A DNA stretch of 64,000 bases from Escherichia coli (GTDB lineage: Bacteria; Pseudomonadota; Gammaproteobacteria; Enterobacterales; Enterobacteriaceae), in the NCBI RefSeq assembly GCF_044324785.1, contig NZ_CP172127.1, one strand, 5' to 3'. Below the pieces are notes generated by a model. That model searched no databases, was not told the DNA's origin, and saw nothing but the letters and a program-made list of their open reading frames with translations. Shown piece by piece: positions 11,994-22,275 of the stretch. Position 1 is the stretch's first letter. Each line of letters opens with the position of its first letter. Made by a program: the position numbers and the translations under genes.

Positions 11994-12201
11994 AGCGGCA
12001 ACCTTCTGCAAATGTGCATCGAATGAAGCATAAGTGTAGTTTGCTTTTGCCGCTCTCATCATGCTGTACGAAAGGTGTTTGCGTGGTCAGTAAGAAGTGC
12101 CAGTTTTATATACCTTTTTCTTCTATTCGATAGCTTTTCGTTTTTTAAATCGGAGTGATCTTGCCATTATAGTCAGTTAACGATTAAAAAAGGATAAAAA
12201 A

Positions 12202-13020
12202 GTGAAACTGACAACACATCATCTACGGGCGGGGGCCGCATTATTACTGGCAGGAATTCTGCTGGCAGGTTGCGACCAGAGCAGCAGCGATGAAAAGCAC
12301 ATTAAAGTGGGCGTTATTAATGGCGCAGAACAAGATGTCGCGGAAGTCGCTAAAAAGGTGGCAAAAGAGAAATATGGCCTCGATGTTGAACTGGTAGGAT
12401 TTAGCGGTTCGTTGCTACCGAACGATGCGACAAATCATGGCGAGCTTGATGCGAATGTCTTCCAGCATCGACCCTTTCTTGAACAAGATAATCAGGCGCA
12501 TGGTTATAAACTGGTAGCGGTGGGAAATACGTTTGTCTTCCCCATGGCGGGTTATTCCAAAAAAATCAAAACCGTGGCGCAAATAAAAGAAGGCGCGACA
12601 GTGGCGATCCCCAACGACCCGACCAACCTTGGTCGCGCGCTTTTACTGTTGCAAAAAGAGAAGCTAATTACTCTGAAAGAGGGAAAAGGGTTACTACCTA
12701 CCGCGCTGGATATAACCGAGAATCCTCGTCATTTGCAGATTATGGAACTCGAGGGGGCGCAGCTCCCGCGCGTACTGGATGATCCCAAAGTTGATGTGGC
12801 GATTATCAGCACCACTTACATTCAGCAGACCGGGCTTTCTCCGGTGCACGACAGCGTATTTATTGAAGATAAGAATTCGCCGTATGTGAATATTTTGGTG
12901 GCACGGGAAGATAATAAGAATGCAGAAAACGTGAAGGAATTTCTGCAATCTTATCAATCGCCCGAAGTCGCTAAAGCGGCAGAAACCATCTTTAACGGTG
13001 GCGCGGTGCCTGGCTGGTAA
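12202..13020 (+). CDS. nlpA: Lipoprotein-28 (NlpA), methionine-binding-protein family
   Basis: 272 aa with lipobox LLAGC and the NlpA/MetQ fold signature; conserved position between yicS and yicL. Confidence 0.9.
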   Translation: MKLTTHHLRAGAALLLAGILLAGCDQSSSDEKHIKVGVINGAEQDVAEVAKKVAKEKYGLDVELVGFSGSLLPNDATNHGELDANVFQHRPFLEQDNQAHGYKLVAVGNTFVFPMAGYSKKIKTVAQIKEGATVAIPNDPTNLGRALLLLQKEKLITLKEGKGLLPTALDITENPRHLQIMELEGAQLPRVLDDPKVDVAIISTTYIQQTGLSPVHDSVFIEDKNSPYVNILVAREDNKNAENVKEFLQSYQSPEVAKAAETIFNGGAVPGW

Positions 13021-13023
13021 TTC

Positions 13024-13947
13024 TCACTCATCCCGCGCCGGACGATTTATTTTTCTGGCGCGGCGACGGGAATCCATTGAAATCAAAATCACTGATGACA
13101 GAATCAGAAGCGTTCCCAGCCAGTCCGGTAATGTGAATGTGATCCCCAGCAACAGCAAAGAGAGCAGCGCGCTACTTAATGGTTCTGCACAGCTCAAAAT
13201 GCTGGCTTTTGGACCGCCAATTAATTGTGCTCCTTTCAGGTACAGACTAAATGTCAGGGACGTACCAATGACCACCAAATAAAAAAACGCCAGAATCAAA
13301 CTGCCGTTAACGACAAAGTTTGTTCCTTGTCTGGCATAAAAAGGCAACAGAATCAGACCGCCGATCAGCATACTCCAGCCGACGACCGGTAACGTGCCAT
13401 AGCGGGCAATCAGCGTTGAGGGATAGGTGGTATAGAATGCAGCAGCAAATGCCGAGGCAATGCCCCAGAATAACGCGGCAGGAGAGATCGATAATGACGT
13501 CGGATTACCGTGTGTCACCAATAAAAAAGTCCCGATCAGCGATGTCAAAATAGCGCAGAAAACCAGAATGCCCGGGCGAGATTTACGCACCAGTGAGAAC
13601 CAGGCGACGATAATCGTCGGTGAGAGGAATTGCAGCACTGTTGCCGTGGCAGCATTCGATTTTTCAATGGTTAGCAAAAAAGTGAGCTGTACAGTTAGCG
13701 CGCCAACCACGGAAAAAATCAGCAGACTAATGGCATCTTTGTGATTGTTAATAATAGAAAAGATTTTATCGCCATGAACAAATGACAGCGTCAGCAGAAT
13801 CAAACCGGCGAATATCAAACGCGTCATAGTCAAAAACTGCGACGACATCTGGCTTTGCTCCATGATGTATTGCGCGCAGACCCCTGAACTTCCCCACAAC
13901 ACGGCGGCAATCAGAACGTTCAGCATCCCCTTTCTGGTGGAACCCAT
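13024..13947 (-). CDS. yicL: EamA/DMT-family inner-membrane transporter YicL
   Basis: 307 aa, multiple transmembrane segments, conserved synteny with nlpA and setC. Confidence 0.8.
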   Translation of the reverse strand: MGSTRKGMLNVLIAAVLWGSSGVCAQYIMEQSQMSSQFLTMTRLIFAGLILLTLSFVHGDKIFSIINNHKDAISLLIFSVVGALTVQLTFLLTIEKSNAATATVLQFLSPTIIVAWFSLVRKSRPGILVFCAILTSLIGTFLLVTHGNPTSLSISPAALFWGIASAFAAAFYTTYPSTLIARYGTLPVVGWSMLIGGLILLPFYARQGTNFVVNGSLILAFFYLVVIGTSLTFSLYLKGAQLIGGPKASILSCAEPLSSALLSLLLLGITFTLPDWLGTLLILSSVILISMDSRRRARKINRPARDE

Positions 13948-14057
13948 TTTTCCCTCTGCATACTGTTTTGTCGTTTATCTATGCAGGCATGATAGCAAAA
14001 ATGGCGAGGATGGCTCTGTTTGCGCCACGCCGATTTTTCTTAGCTCAGACTGGTGAG

Positions 14058-15242
14058 CTAAATATCTTTAATAAACAGCAGACAAATCATCGCAATACCC
14101 AGCATTCCTATCGCCAGCCAGAACAACGCGTGGTAGCTCCAGATTTCAACCATAATTCCGTCAACAGAGCCGGCGATAATCCAGCCGACACGTGAGGTAT
14201 TTGCATATAACGTTGTCGCAGAGCCTATTTTTTCAGGCATCAGATCCTGAAAATAAAGCATGCCGATACCACAGAGAATACCAAGGAAGATGGCATTTAG
14301 AATTTGCAATTCCAGCTCAACTGCCGGAGTTGTCGCCATGAGTACGCTGGTGTAAAAACACATTCCACTCACGATAGCAATGAGCATTAATAGTCGCTTA
14401 CCAATACGTTTCATGTAATAGCCTGCGATTAACATCATCGGAATTTCCAGACCGGCAGCGATACCAATCATTTCTCCAGCCAGTTTATCGGTTAGATGCA
14501 GTTCATCAATAATAAATAGCGGCATATTTATCATGTAGAGATTATTCGCCGCCCACATCATTGAACAGACCACAAAAAGTAGCCGCGTATCCCGCTTCCT
14601 ATGGGTGGAGGGTAAAATTTCTATGGGTTGGGTAACGACAGGAATATTTCTTTGTATTGATGGCAAAAACAACCAGACTATCAGTCCGCAAACAACAAAT
14701 GCGATGGCAGCGGTGAGATACATCACTTTAAAACTAAATCCCATTGCCAGTTCATAAGCGAGCGGTGGCCCGATAACCCAGGCAAGCGAGATCTGAGCAC
14801 GTAAAAATGTACTGAACATGACCGTCTCACGGCCTGTTCTGTCGGCGTGTTCACGGGCGAGGGCGAACATTTGCGGGTTTGCAGTGGAAGCAAAACTACT
14901 CAGAAGTACGCCCGTTGAGAGGAGAATGAAGTAGTTGCGATTCCACGCAAAAAGCGTGCAGGCCAGCACTCCAAATAAGCAACATAGCAGGATCAGTAAT
15001 TTACGGTCGCCTTGTTTATCGGAGTGTCTTGCCAGAAATTGACTGACCAGAATTCCCATAATAGCGCTACCGGTGAAGAAAAAACCTACCATTATAGGAC
15101 GAGCTTTCAGTTCATCTGCGAGGAATATACTTAGGGTAGGAGTCTGAAGAGCGCCCGCAATACCAGTCAGAAAGGCGACAAGTAAAAATGCCGCGGCAGT
15201 GAGATCAAGTATTTTTGATGGAGTGGTAGCCGTTTTTTGCAT
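14058..15242 (-). CDS. setC: MFS sugar efflux transporter SetC
   Basis: 394 aa, 12-TM MFS profile, immediately adjacent to the selC-side attachment region as in K-12. Confidence 0.8.
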   Translation of the reverse strand: MQKTATTPSKILDLTAAAFLLVAFLTGIAGALQTPTLSIFLADELKARPIMVGFFFTGSAIMGILVSQFLARHSDKQGDRKLLILLCCLFGVLACTLFAWNRNYFILLSTGVLLSSFASTANPQMFALAREHADRTGRETVMFSTFLRAQISLAWVIGPPLAYELAMGFSFKVMYLTAAIAFVVCGLIVWLFLPSIQRNIPVVTQPIEILPSTHRKRDTRLLFVVCSMMWAANNLYMINMPLFIIDELHLTDKLAGEMIGIAAGLEIPMMLIAGYYMKRIGKRLLMLIAIVSGMCFYTSVLMATTPAVELELQILNAIFLGILCGIGMLYFQDLMPEKIGSATTLYANTSRVGWIIAGSVDGIMVEIWSYHALFWLAIGMLGIAMICLLFIKDI

Positions 15243-15639
15243 TCTTCTGAATCACCGGGCGACAAAATATAACTGAGTTACAAATAAGTACCAGTCGAAT
15301 GAGTATTGTATTAAGAATTTTTGAGTATCGCTGATACAACCAGAAATCAATGCTAGCGCAATATTATAGGGCCAGCAATTGAGATTATTAGCAAAAGCAT
15401 GTTAAGAATTAATTACCGAATTTATATATTAATTATATTAAGGCATTGAGCTATTTTTGATAGTAAAAATAAAACAAGTTGATTTGATATATTAAATGAA
15501 TAAATTAATCTTGATGGCAGTCTGATTATTGGTGAAGTTTATAGGTCAGTTTTTTCGCCAGCGGTTAAAGAAATAGAATCGTCGTATAAAAAAGGGTGTT
15601 CTGGGGCGAGTAAAACAACATCTTCACCTTAATGGCGAT

Positions 15640-15860
15640 ACAGTTGGCTGAGAGTCAGCAGGGGGGCAAACCACCTGCAAATAAACACGGCGCATGCTGG
15701 CGCGAATATCGCGGATGCGTTCGAGGACAGAAGAACCGACAGGCGGATTCTTCAGTCGCTCATCGTCCATCACAAAACCTTTGATCAGGTATTCCTGAAG
15801 CCGATTGAATATTGAGCAGTAGAAAATCTCTGGATTGACAGTATTACAAGGGGTTGGAGA
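15640..15860 (-). pseudogene. Short coding-like remnant, possibly RhuM-family (minus strand: …NRLQEYLIKGFVMDDERLKNPPVGSSVLERIRDIRASMRRVYLQV…)
   Basis: Open frame without a proper start; the peptide resembles the RhuM virulence-protein family known from selC-associated islands. Recognition is from memory only. Confidence 0.3.
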
Positions 15861-15868
15861 ATGTCAGA

Positions 15869-15892
15869 AGAGGCATTTTGGCGGAAGATCAC
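15869..15892. repeat. Distal attachment-site direct repeat: 24-bp copy of the selC 3' end (tggcggaagatcacaggagtcgaa)
   Basis: Exact 24-bp identity with 57010..57033, which is the 3' end of tRNA-Sec. Confidence 0.8.
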
Positions 15893-16037
15893 AGGAGTCG
15901 AATATGAATGTTAATGTTTTGATTTTAAATGATTAATCTGTGTTGGATAAATGAGTAACCCCCATAAGAACCCCCAAATAACTTTGTGTAAGGGAATGAA
16001 GCTAAAATACACAATCGAATCAATTCTTAGAGCTTTA

Positions 16038-16880
16038 TTATGAAGGTAACACTCCCGGATAGTGTTTCGCAATAATATCATTCAGCCTGTCAACCAGTTC
16101 TGGTTTCCTGAACCTGATGTGCGCGGAGCCTTTCTTAAAGTATCTGATGCTGAACATCTCATCTTCATAGCATTCTTTACCCTGAACAGACCGGATGTGA
16201 TCATCCAGACGAATAGTGATGTTTTCCCGGTTGTCGGGGATCGGTTTGCCGCTGAACAGATGTAGCATTCTTTCCAGGTCGACGAGTCGGTCAGTCTGTT
16301 GCCCGGTGATAAGATGAAACCCCCACCGGTCCCACCTCACCAGGTTGTTGACGATAATTTTACTGCCAAATTTGCAGGGGCAATTGGTTTTGTAATTCCA
16401 GCTCAGTCCCCTGAAGACGTTGATCACCCCTCGCTCAAACACCTCATCCTTATTCTGGTGTAGTTGTTCAAATGTGATCAGAATGTTCGCTTCACTGATT
16501 TCCGGAAAATTATCGTACTCCAGTGACCGGTACCATGTATCACGGGCCTGTGCATCCATTAAGGAAAGCATCCCTGAACGTTGCATCAGGTCACGCCAGA
16601 TTTCGCGATCGAGATTGCGTGTGATGGCTTTCATTGCGGTTTCCGGTTTCTCCATCAGCCAGCAGCCGCAGCGAAAATCCTGTTTCATGGCCCAGCCCGG
16701 GGCGGCTTTACCGCCAATACTTTCTGTCATTGCTGATATTTCAGCCAGTTGCCGGATAAGTGTGTCGATTTGCAGCAGTGTACTCTTTCGTACAGCCAGA
16801 ATGTGGCGGATACTGGTTGAGCAGATAACGTCCGTATGCCCGGTGACCACTTCCGGACGGGAGATTGTGATGTCTGACAT
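16038..16880 (-). CDS. Conserved island-end protein (DUF4942-like, methyltransferase-like)
   Basis: 280 aa; terminal gene of the yeeP…cbtA-type module; a truncated second copy of its 5' end is at 30782..30940. Confidence 0.5.
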   Translation of the reverse strand: MSDITISRPEVVTGHTDVICSTSIRHILAVRKSTLLQIDTLIRQLAEISAMTESIGGKAAPGWAMKQDFRCGCWLMEKPETAMKAITRNLDREIWRDLMQRSGMLSLMDAQARDTWYRSLEYDNFPEISEANILITFEQLHQNKDEVFERGVINVFRGLSWNYKTNCPCKFGSKIIVNNLVRWDRWGFHLITGQQTDRLVDLERMLHLFSGKPIPDNRENITIRLDDHIRSVQGKECYEDEMFSIRYFKKGSAHIRFRKPELVDRLNDIIAKHYPGVLPS

Positions 16881-16964
16881 TATCGGTTTCCCTTTTGGTT
16901 TATAAACGAAAACGCCAGCCCTGTTCAGGCTGGCGTCAGTGGAATGAAGTATGGTGAGTGAGGC

Positions 16965-17390
16965 TCACGCGCTCAGGTGAATGAGTTGCAGGTGACGCAG
17001 GGTGCGGACATCCTCCCTGGCCTGTTCGATACAGGGCAACAATGCTGCCGAATCCGTTTTATCCTCATCGTTGTCGAAAATAATTCCGGACCCGCAGTCG
17101 ATATTGTCCTGCAGCCACGCAATGAGGATATCCAGCGCTGTTTCAGTGGTTAATGGCATCACGCTCTGTATCACTGTATTGTCTTCCGGCAACTGATGAG
17201 AGCTGGCAGAAGTCGCCGGTGTTTCGGTAGCGTCACGTTCATCCACCACGCGGAGTGAATAACCGTTTTCAGCGACCTTGTTAATCAGTTCAGTGAGCTC
17301 AACACCATCAATGTCAACGACAATTCGCCCTATATTCAGTGCCTGTACGTTAACGCTGTCTGCTTCCAATGTCAGGGCCAGTTTCATCAT
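16965..17390 (-). CDS. Hypothetical protein downstream of cbtA (YeeW-like position)
   Basis: 141 aa, acidic; overlaps the cbtA stop by 4 bp; its 3' end is duplicated at 30616..30705. Confidence 0.55.
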   Translation of the reverse strand: MMKLALTLEADSVNVQALNIGRIVVDIDGVELTELINKVAENGYSLRVVDERDATETPATSASSHQLPEDNTVIQSVMPLTTETALDILIAWLQDNIDCGSGIIFDNDEDKTDSAALLPCIEQAREDVRTLRHLQLIHLSA

Positions 17391-17761
17391 TTCGCCTCCG
17401 GATACTTACCCAGGGTAATGTTATTTACCGTTCTGTAATTGTCGCGGGTCATCAGGCCGGTCGCCCTGCGAGCCCGGAGGATATCGATGCTGTTTATTAA
17501 CTGAGAGCGGGTACAGGCGCTGAATCCCGGCTGGTTGGTACGCACCAGCGCGTATTTTTCCACGAGAAAGTTCACCGCATCACACAGTGAAATGCCTGCC
17601 TCAATATGCAGCTCAATCACGCGTTCATCCGCGAACGGTGTGTCATTCAGCGTAAGGCTGTAATGCTGGTCCAGTAACCGGGTGAGCAGTGTCTGCCAGA
17701 TGGTGACGGGAGACGGGCAGCACGATGCCTCCCGTACATGCGTGTCGGGTAATGTTTTCAT
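17387..17761 (-). CDS. cbtA: CbtA/YeeV-family type IV toxin (cytoskeleton-binding toxin)
   Basis: 124 aa; …WQTLLTRLLDQHYSLTLNDTPFADERVIELHIEAGISLCDAVNFLVEKYALVRTNQPGFSACTRSQLINSIDILRARRATGLMTRDNYRTVNNITLGK… matches the family. Confidence 0.85.
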   Translation of the reverse strand: MKTLPDTHVREASCCPSPVTIWQTLLTRLLDQHYSLTLNDTPFADERVIELHIEAGISLCDAVNFLVEKYALVRTNQPGFSACTRSQLINSIDILRARRATGLMTRDNYRTVNNITLGKYPEAK

Positions 17762-17850
17762 AATGAAGATTTTCCTGATATGCAGAGATAAAAAATGGGA
17801 CAGTGGCGTGGTGAAAACACCAGGCCGGAGCAGAAGATTATTCTGATGAT

Positions 17851-18219
17851 TTACTTTTTCGTTTCGGGCGTCGGATAAACAGCCAGATAAACGTAACCAC
17901 AGGAGCCGAGGGTGTCGGCTTCACAGGTCAGCCCCTTCGCATACAGTGTCACGGTATGCTGATGGCGGGGATTCAGTTCACCGCTGGTGAGCATGAGCTC
18001 CAGTTGTTTCATCGGCAGCGGAAAGGCCTGGTCCGGATGGTACGCATCCGCATCTCTGAACCGGCCTCTGATACCGGCACGGTCGGCAAGGTAATGCAAC
18101 CGGTTACCCTCCTGCACCAGACGTGCCCCGAAACAGGGCGTCACGGTGCAGGGCAGTCCCCACCAGAGGCGGTCGTGATTGTCGTCGTGATGCGTTGTCC
18201 CGGGGAGTGTGTCTGACAC
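17851..18219 (-). CDS. cbeA: CbeA/YeeU-family antitoxin
   Basis: GTG start (VSDTLPGTT…) gives 122 aa matching YeeU; the track ORF 17851..18339 has an unsupported N-terminal extension. Confidence 0.8.
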   Translation of the reverse strand: MSDTLPGTTHHDDNHDRLWWGLPCTVTPCFGARLVQEGNRLHYLADRAGIRGRFRDADAYHPDQAFPLPMKQLELMLTSGELNPRHQHTVTLYAKGLTCEADTLGSCGYVYLAVYPTPETKK

Positions 18220-18268
18220 GATAAAATCCTCACAGAAAATCGTTGAATGATAGTTTAACTTTGACAGG

Positions 18269-18913
18269 TCAGCCGGTGCGCAGACCGGCTTCGGTGAAGG
18301 TGTATTCGTTGATGAGAAGGGCCTCATCCACAGGGGCATCTGAGGTCAGCCTGTTGTGCTCGTTTTCCAGTTGACGGTACAGCCATAAGGCCAGGTCGCG
18401 CAGGGCTTCGCTGACAGCGGCTTCCGCATCTGTTGTCATAGTCTGACCAGTCGGACTGTTCCGGGTAACAGTGATATCCATGCTGTACGGATGGCAGTAG
18501 CGTCCCCGGCGGTGGATTTCAGCCTGCAGTTGCCAGAAGTTACGCTTCTGCACCGCCTGCAGGGCATCCGCGATACGATGGAGTTCATGCTCCTGTGGGG
18601 CATACTTCCGGATTATCCGGGCTGTCGCCGGCTGCCAGTGCCAGCGTCCTTCAAAACAGGCTCCGTCCCCCTGGCTGCAGCATCCGCTGAACCAGATGCA
18701 CGGCTCTTCCATAAACCTGCCGTTGCTGAGCCGGAAAACGCGCTGGCGGAGGTCAATTCCGAAAATGTCACAGACCGCCCTGAAGTCCTCATACACGTTT
18801 TCATACCAGTTGCTGTCAGCATGATGCTGACGGTACCCGTCGCGGGCTTTTCCCCGTACCGGGCAGGAAAGTTCATCCAGCGTATACACTGTGATGGTGA
18901 TAATGCTGCTCAT
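18269..18913 (-). CDS. Hypothetical protein (214 aa) between the DUF987 gene and the antitoxin
   Basis: Long ORF in operon orientation; Cys/Trp-rich segment CIWFSGCCSQGDGACFEGRWHW; no family recognised. Confidence 0.5.
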   Translation of the reverse strand: MSSIITITVYTLDELSCPVRGKARDGYRQHHADSNWYENVYEDFRAVCDIFGIDLRQRVFRLSNGRFMEEPCIWFSGCCSQGDGACFEGRWHWQPATARIIRKYAPQEHELHRIADALQAVQKRNFWQLQAEIHRRGRYCHPYSMDITVTRNSPTGQTMTTDAEAAVSEALRDLALWLYRQLENEHNRLTSDAPVDEALLINEYTFTEAGLRTG

Positions 18914-18931
18914 CAGAATCCCCTTTCTGAT

Positions 18932-19153
18932 TCAGTTCAGGGTGACGCTCATCAGCCGGACATACGGGCCAAAACTGTCCTTACGGCGTTCAGCAAACAC
19001 GGCCAGCACACCGGGAATATCCTGTACTTCACGACCGGTATACGTCTCAGCACTGCCGTGCCAGCGGTACTTACCGGTGCAGAACGGAAATAGACGGGAT
19101 GCAGGATGCTGTTGGTGAATACGCATGGCTTCACCACGGGTGATAATTTTCAT
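18932..19153 (-). CDS. Small YeeT-like protein (DUF987)
   Basis: 73 aa; conserved position between the RadC-like gene and the toxin-antitoxin pair. Confidence 0.65.
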   Translation of the reverse strand: MKIITRGEAMRIHQQHPASRLFPFCTGKYRWHGSAETYTGREVQDIPGVLAVFAERRKDSFGPYVRLMSVTLN

Positions 19154-19215
19154 AATGGGATACCTCTGAAGACAGAAGATAAAAGTGAAAACAGGTGTGA
19201 TGTGGTTGTGACGGG

Positions 19216-19692
19216 TTAAAGCAGACCATGTTCGGCAAAGGAGAAAACCTGGCTGCCACCGACTATCAGATGGTCCGGCACCCGGATATCCACCAGGCCC
19301 AGTGCCTGTACCAGACGTTCCGTGATAAGGCGGTCTGCCTTGCTGGGTGTGACTTCACCGGACGGGTGATTGTGCGCCAGCACCACGGCAGCGGCATTGT
19401 GGTACAGGGCGCGTTTAATCACTTCCCGGGGATGGACTTCCGTGCGGTTGATGGTGCCGGTGAAGAGGGTTTCACCGGCAATCAGCTGATTCTGGTTGTT
19501 CAGATACAGCACCCGGAATTCTTCACGCTCCAGTCCCGCCATGTTCAGAATCAGCCATTCCCGTGCCGCATGCGTGGAGGTGAAGGCCACGCCGGGTTCA
19601 TGAAGATGGCGGTCCAGGGCTTTCAGGGCCCGCTGAATGAGGCTGCGCTCTCTGGTTGTCATTTCTCCGGGCAGAAAGGAAATCTGTTGCAT
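19216..19692 (-). CDS. RadC-like JAB-domain protein (YeeS/YfjY family)
   Basis: 158 aa; JAMM motif region …VVLAHNHPSGEVTPSKAD…. Confidence 0.85.
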   Translation of the reverse strand: MQQISFLPGEMTTRERSLIQRALKALDRHLHEPGVAFTSTHAAREWLILNMAGLEREEFRVLYLNNQNQLIAGETLFTGTINRTEVHPREVIKRALYHNAAAVVLAHNHPSGEVTPSKADRLITERLVQALGLVDIRVPDHLIVGGSQVFSFAEHGLL

Positions 19693-19707
19693 TGTTCCGG
19701 CCCCCTT

Positions 19708-20193
19708 TCAGTCAATGATGCGCATAATGGCGCTGCATTCCGGATGCTGCAGGGCGTAATCCCGCAGACGGTAATAATGAACCGTCATGGCATAACACTC
19801 CGTACGGCAGGCGTGATGACTGTACGTCATCAGACAGGCAGCAATGCCGGCGGCTTCCGGGCTCATTTCAGCGCGGTTACCGTTCATGGCATTGAACAGT
19901 ACCCATGTTTCGTCATCATCATCATCCGGTTCGGGGGCCATAAATGCCCCGCCGTTGTTCAGGGTGTACAGATTCCAGATACCACCGCAGTAGTCTTCGC
20001 ACAGACGGTCCATCCAGCCGAAGACACGGGGCTCCAGGGTCACCCACTGTGGAATGAGGCCAAAATGCTGCGGCCAGAAGCTGATGCGCTGTTCATCAGG
20101 GACGGGAGTGGCAACCAGTTGAGACTGGTTATTCCCTGATGCAGTAGTTACGGAAACAGAAGGTGTGGTGGAGCTATGCGAAAAGGTTGTCAT
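19708..20193 (-). CDS. Antirestriction protein, KlcA/ArdB family
   Basis: 161 aa; acidic stretch PEPDDDDDETW and characteristic position upstream of the RadC-like gene. Confidence 0.7.
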   Translation of the reverse strand: MTTFSHSSTTPSVSVTTASGNNQSQLVATPVPDEQRISFWPQHFGLIPQWVTLEPRVFGWMDRLCEDYCGGIWNLYTLNNGGAFMAPEPDDDDDETWVLFNAMNGNRAEMSPEAAGIAACLMTYSHHACRTECYAMTVHYYRLRDYALQHPECSAIMRIID

Positions 20194-20284
20194 GAGATGA
20201 TTCCTTATAAAAAGTAAATGAATGGAAGAATGCCTGGGGACTGGTACAGACGTGAGTCAGGGCTGCACTTTCAGGGAAACAGCA

Positions 20285-21103
20285 TCAGCGCATGCTCTCC
20301 AGCAGCGTTTCTGCCATCACCCACAATGCGCGGTTGAGTTTTATATCGGTATCAATGCTGTGAATGGCCCGGGTATGGATACGTTTTCCTTTTGCACTGC
20401 GACCGGAAATCCCGCCTTTCAGCATATTCTCCTGGATGGTCTGATAAGCACTCCACAGGTCCTTACCGTAATCCTCCCGGCGTCGTGGTGTCAGAATGTC
20501 GGCGGTGGTGACGGGCTGATGTTCGTCACCATAACGGTAAGTCAGTGCCGCCTGTGCCAGCGCCTGGCGTGCCGGTGGCGGCAGGACCAGCGACTGCATG
20601 GCATCACGCTTCTCCTCTATCCGGTCAAACACGCCCACCACCTCGTAAGCCCCTTCAATGACTCTGTCCACCACATTTCCCCGGTGCGGAACACGCACTT
20701 CCCCCAGAGACTGACCGCAGACGCATCCGTTCTGGCAGACGAACCTGAAGTAACCCGGCAGCATCTGGTAGCTGGAGGTACCGTCATGAGAGTTGAGCAG
20801 AATAATTTCAGGGACATGTTGTCCGTTTATCTCCCCGTCACGGCGCAGACGCAGCATGTGTTTGGTATACCCCCGGCGGCCCGGGTCACGTACGCGGGTC
20901 TGGCAGGCGAAGAATGGCTGAAAGCCTTCCCGCTGCAGGCTTTCCAGCACGGTGATGGTGGGGATGTATGTATAGTTCCGGCTCCGGGAGGTGTGTTTAT
21001 CTTCCCCGAAAATCCCGGGCACATGGTGCATCAGCTCTTCACGGGTCAGCGGACGGTCACGGCGTATCTGGTTCGCATAACCAAAACGACTGGCTAATCG
21101 CAT
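20285..21103 (-). CDS. DUF932-family protein (YfjQ/YafZ-like)
   Basis: 272 aa; immediately downstream of the GTPase gene, as in CP4-type elements. Confidence 0.7.
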   Translation of the reverse strand: MRLASRFGYANQIRRDRPLTREELMHHVPGIFGEDKHTSRSRNYTYIPTITVLESLQREGFQPFFACQTRVRDPGRRGYTKHMLRLRRDGEINGQHVPEIILLNSHDGTSSYQMLPGYFRFVCQNGCVCGQSLGEVRVPHRGNVVDRVIEGAYEVVGVFDRIEEKRDAMQSLVLPPPARQALAQAALTYRYGDEHQPVTTADILTPRRREDYGKDLWSAYQTIQENMLKGGISGRSAKGKRIHTRAIHSIDTDIKLNRALWVMAETLLESMR

Positions 21104-21288
21104 ACTTTGCTCCTTATCAGTGGTTAAGACTGAATGACGTAATCAATGAAAAAGCCGCGTCTCACGGAGAAGACGCGGCCTGATGGATGAAATGAATGAG
21201 GGTTTACCGAAGCCCTTCAGCATTGTGGTGACGCAACCGGAAATGCGTTTCCTGGTTATCGCCGGGGCCGGTCAAAAAGCGGGGACAT

Positions 21289-22173
21289 TCAGAACAGGCG
21301 ATCCCACAGTGTGATCAGCAGGCGGATAATGCGATCACGGGCTTTGCGCAGAAGCTGCAGCATCCAGGCCGGAAAGCTGAACCGGGCAATGGCAGCGTCA
21401 AAACTCTGGCCGATGGCGTCACCAAAAGCCTGCTGTGCGTGTTGCTGATCCTGCGCAGTGCGCTTTTCATTCCGGATATGCGAATAAACCGCGCTGGTTG
21501 CCTGTGGTGGCAGGGCGTGGATCATCAGAGACACAAATGCCGGAAGATTCCAGCCGGCAGGAGCGGCAACGGGGAGTACCGGAAATGATGAAGGGAACAG
21601 GGTTGCCACCCGGGCTGTCACCGTCGCCAGCGAGAGTTCCTGGTGACGGGACGGGCATTTTTCTGTGTCGTTCCATTCTTCAGCAGGAAATACGCGATCG
21701 GCATGGCTGAGAACAAACAGAAAACGCGAGGGATCTGCACCTTCATTCAGTAAAAACTGATGCATGGCGATGTCGGCAGCATACGCACGTTCATCAGCCC
21801 GCAGGATCCAGATAATCAGATCCAGTTCGGGCAGTAACTGACTGTAAAGTGCCCGGTATTCCTGATCATGCTGTGGTGTTTCGCCAGTGCCGGGCAGATC
21901 GACCAGCGTCATTCTTCGTTCACCGGGCTGAAAGGTAAGACGATGAGCCTGACGGGTGCAGCCGTTCAGCGGATGCGTGGCGCAGACACGGGACTGAAAA
22001 ATGGCATTGCACAGGCTGCTTTTTCCGGCACCGGATTTACCCATAATGCCAATCACGGGCTCGTAATGAATAACACTGTGGAGATGTTCAAGGATTTTCT
22101 GGCGAATTTCTTCAGGAAGAAACGTCAGATATGATTTCACTTGTGCGGAGAGGGAAGAATGGCTGAATGACAT
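21289..22173 (-). CDS. GTPase-family protein (YeeP/YfjP/YkfA-like, P-loop)
   Basis: 294 aa; Walker A GIMGKSGAGKSSL and G-motifs DLPG…; first gene of the CP4-like module. Confidence 0.8.
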   Translation of the reverse strand: MSFSHSSLSAQVKSYLTFLPEEIRQKILEHLHSVIHYEPVIGIMGKSGAGKSSLCNAIFQSRVCATHPLNGCTRQAHRLTFQPGERRMTLVDLPGTGETPQHDQEYRALYSQLLPELDLIIWILRADERAYAADIAMHQFLLNEGADPSRFLFVLSHADRVFPAEEWNDTEKCPSRHQELSLATVTARVATLFPSSFPVLPVAAPAGWNLPAFVSLMIHALPPQATSAVYSHIRNEKRTAQDQQHAQQAFGDAIGQSFDAAIARFSFPAWMLQLLRKARDRIIRLLITLWDRLF

Positions 22174-22275
22174 ACCGGTATCCTGTTGATTTCACTGAAC
22201 CGGATCACACTAATCCGGTTTATCATTCAGGTAATATGGGCGTGAAAAAATCTGGAGTGACAAAGTTCGGGAGGA

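Noticed and set aside
17851-18339. Extended 162-aa version of the CbeA-like antitoxin
   Set aside because: The family is about 122 aa and begins at the VSDTLPGTT position; the extension overlaps the upstream gene.
19228-21097. Plus-strand ORFs of 303 and 291 aa antisense to the RadC-like, antirestriction and DUF932 genes
   Set aside because: The sense-strand products match conserved families; the antisense frames have His/Gly/Arg-rich composition without motifs.
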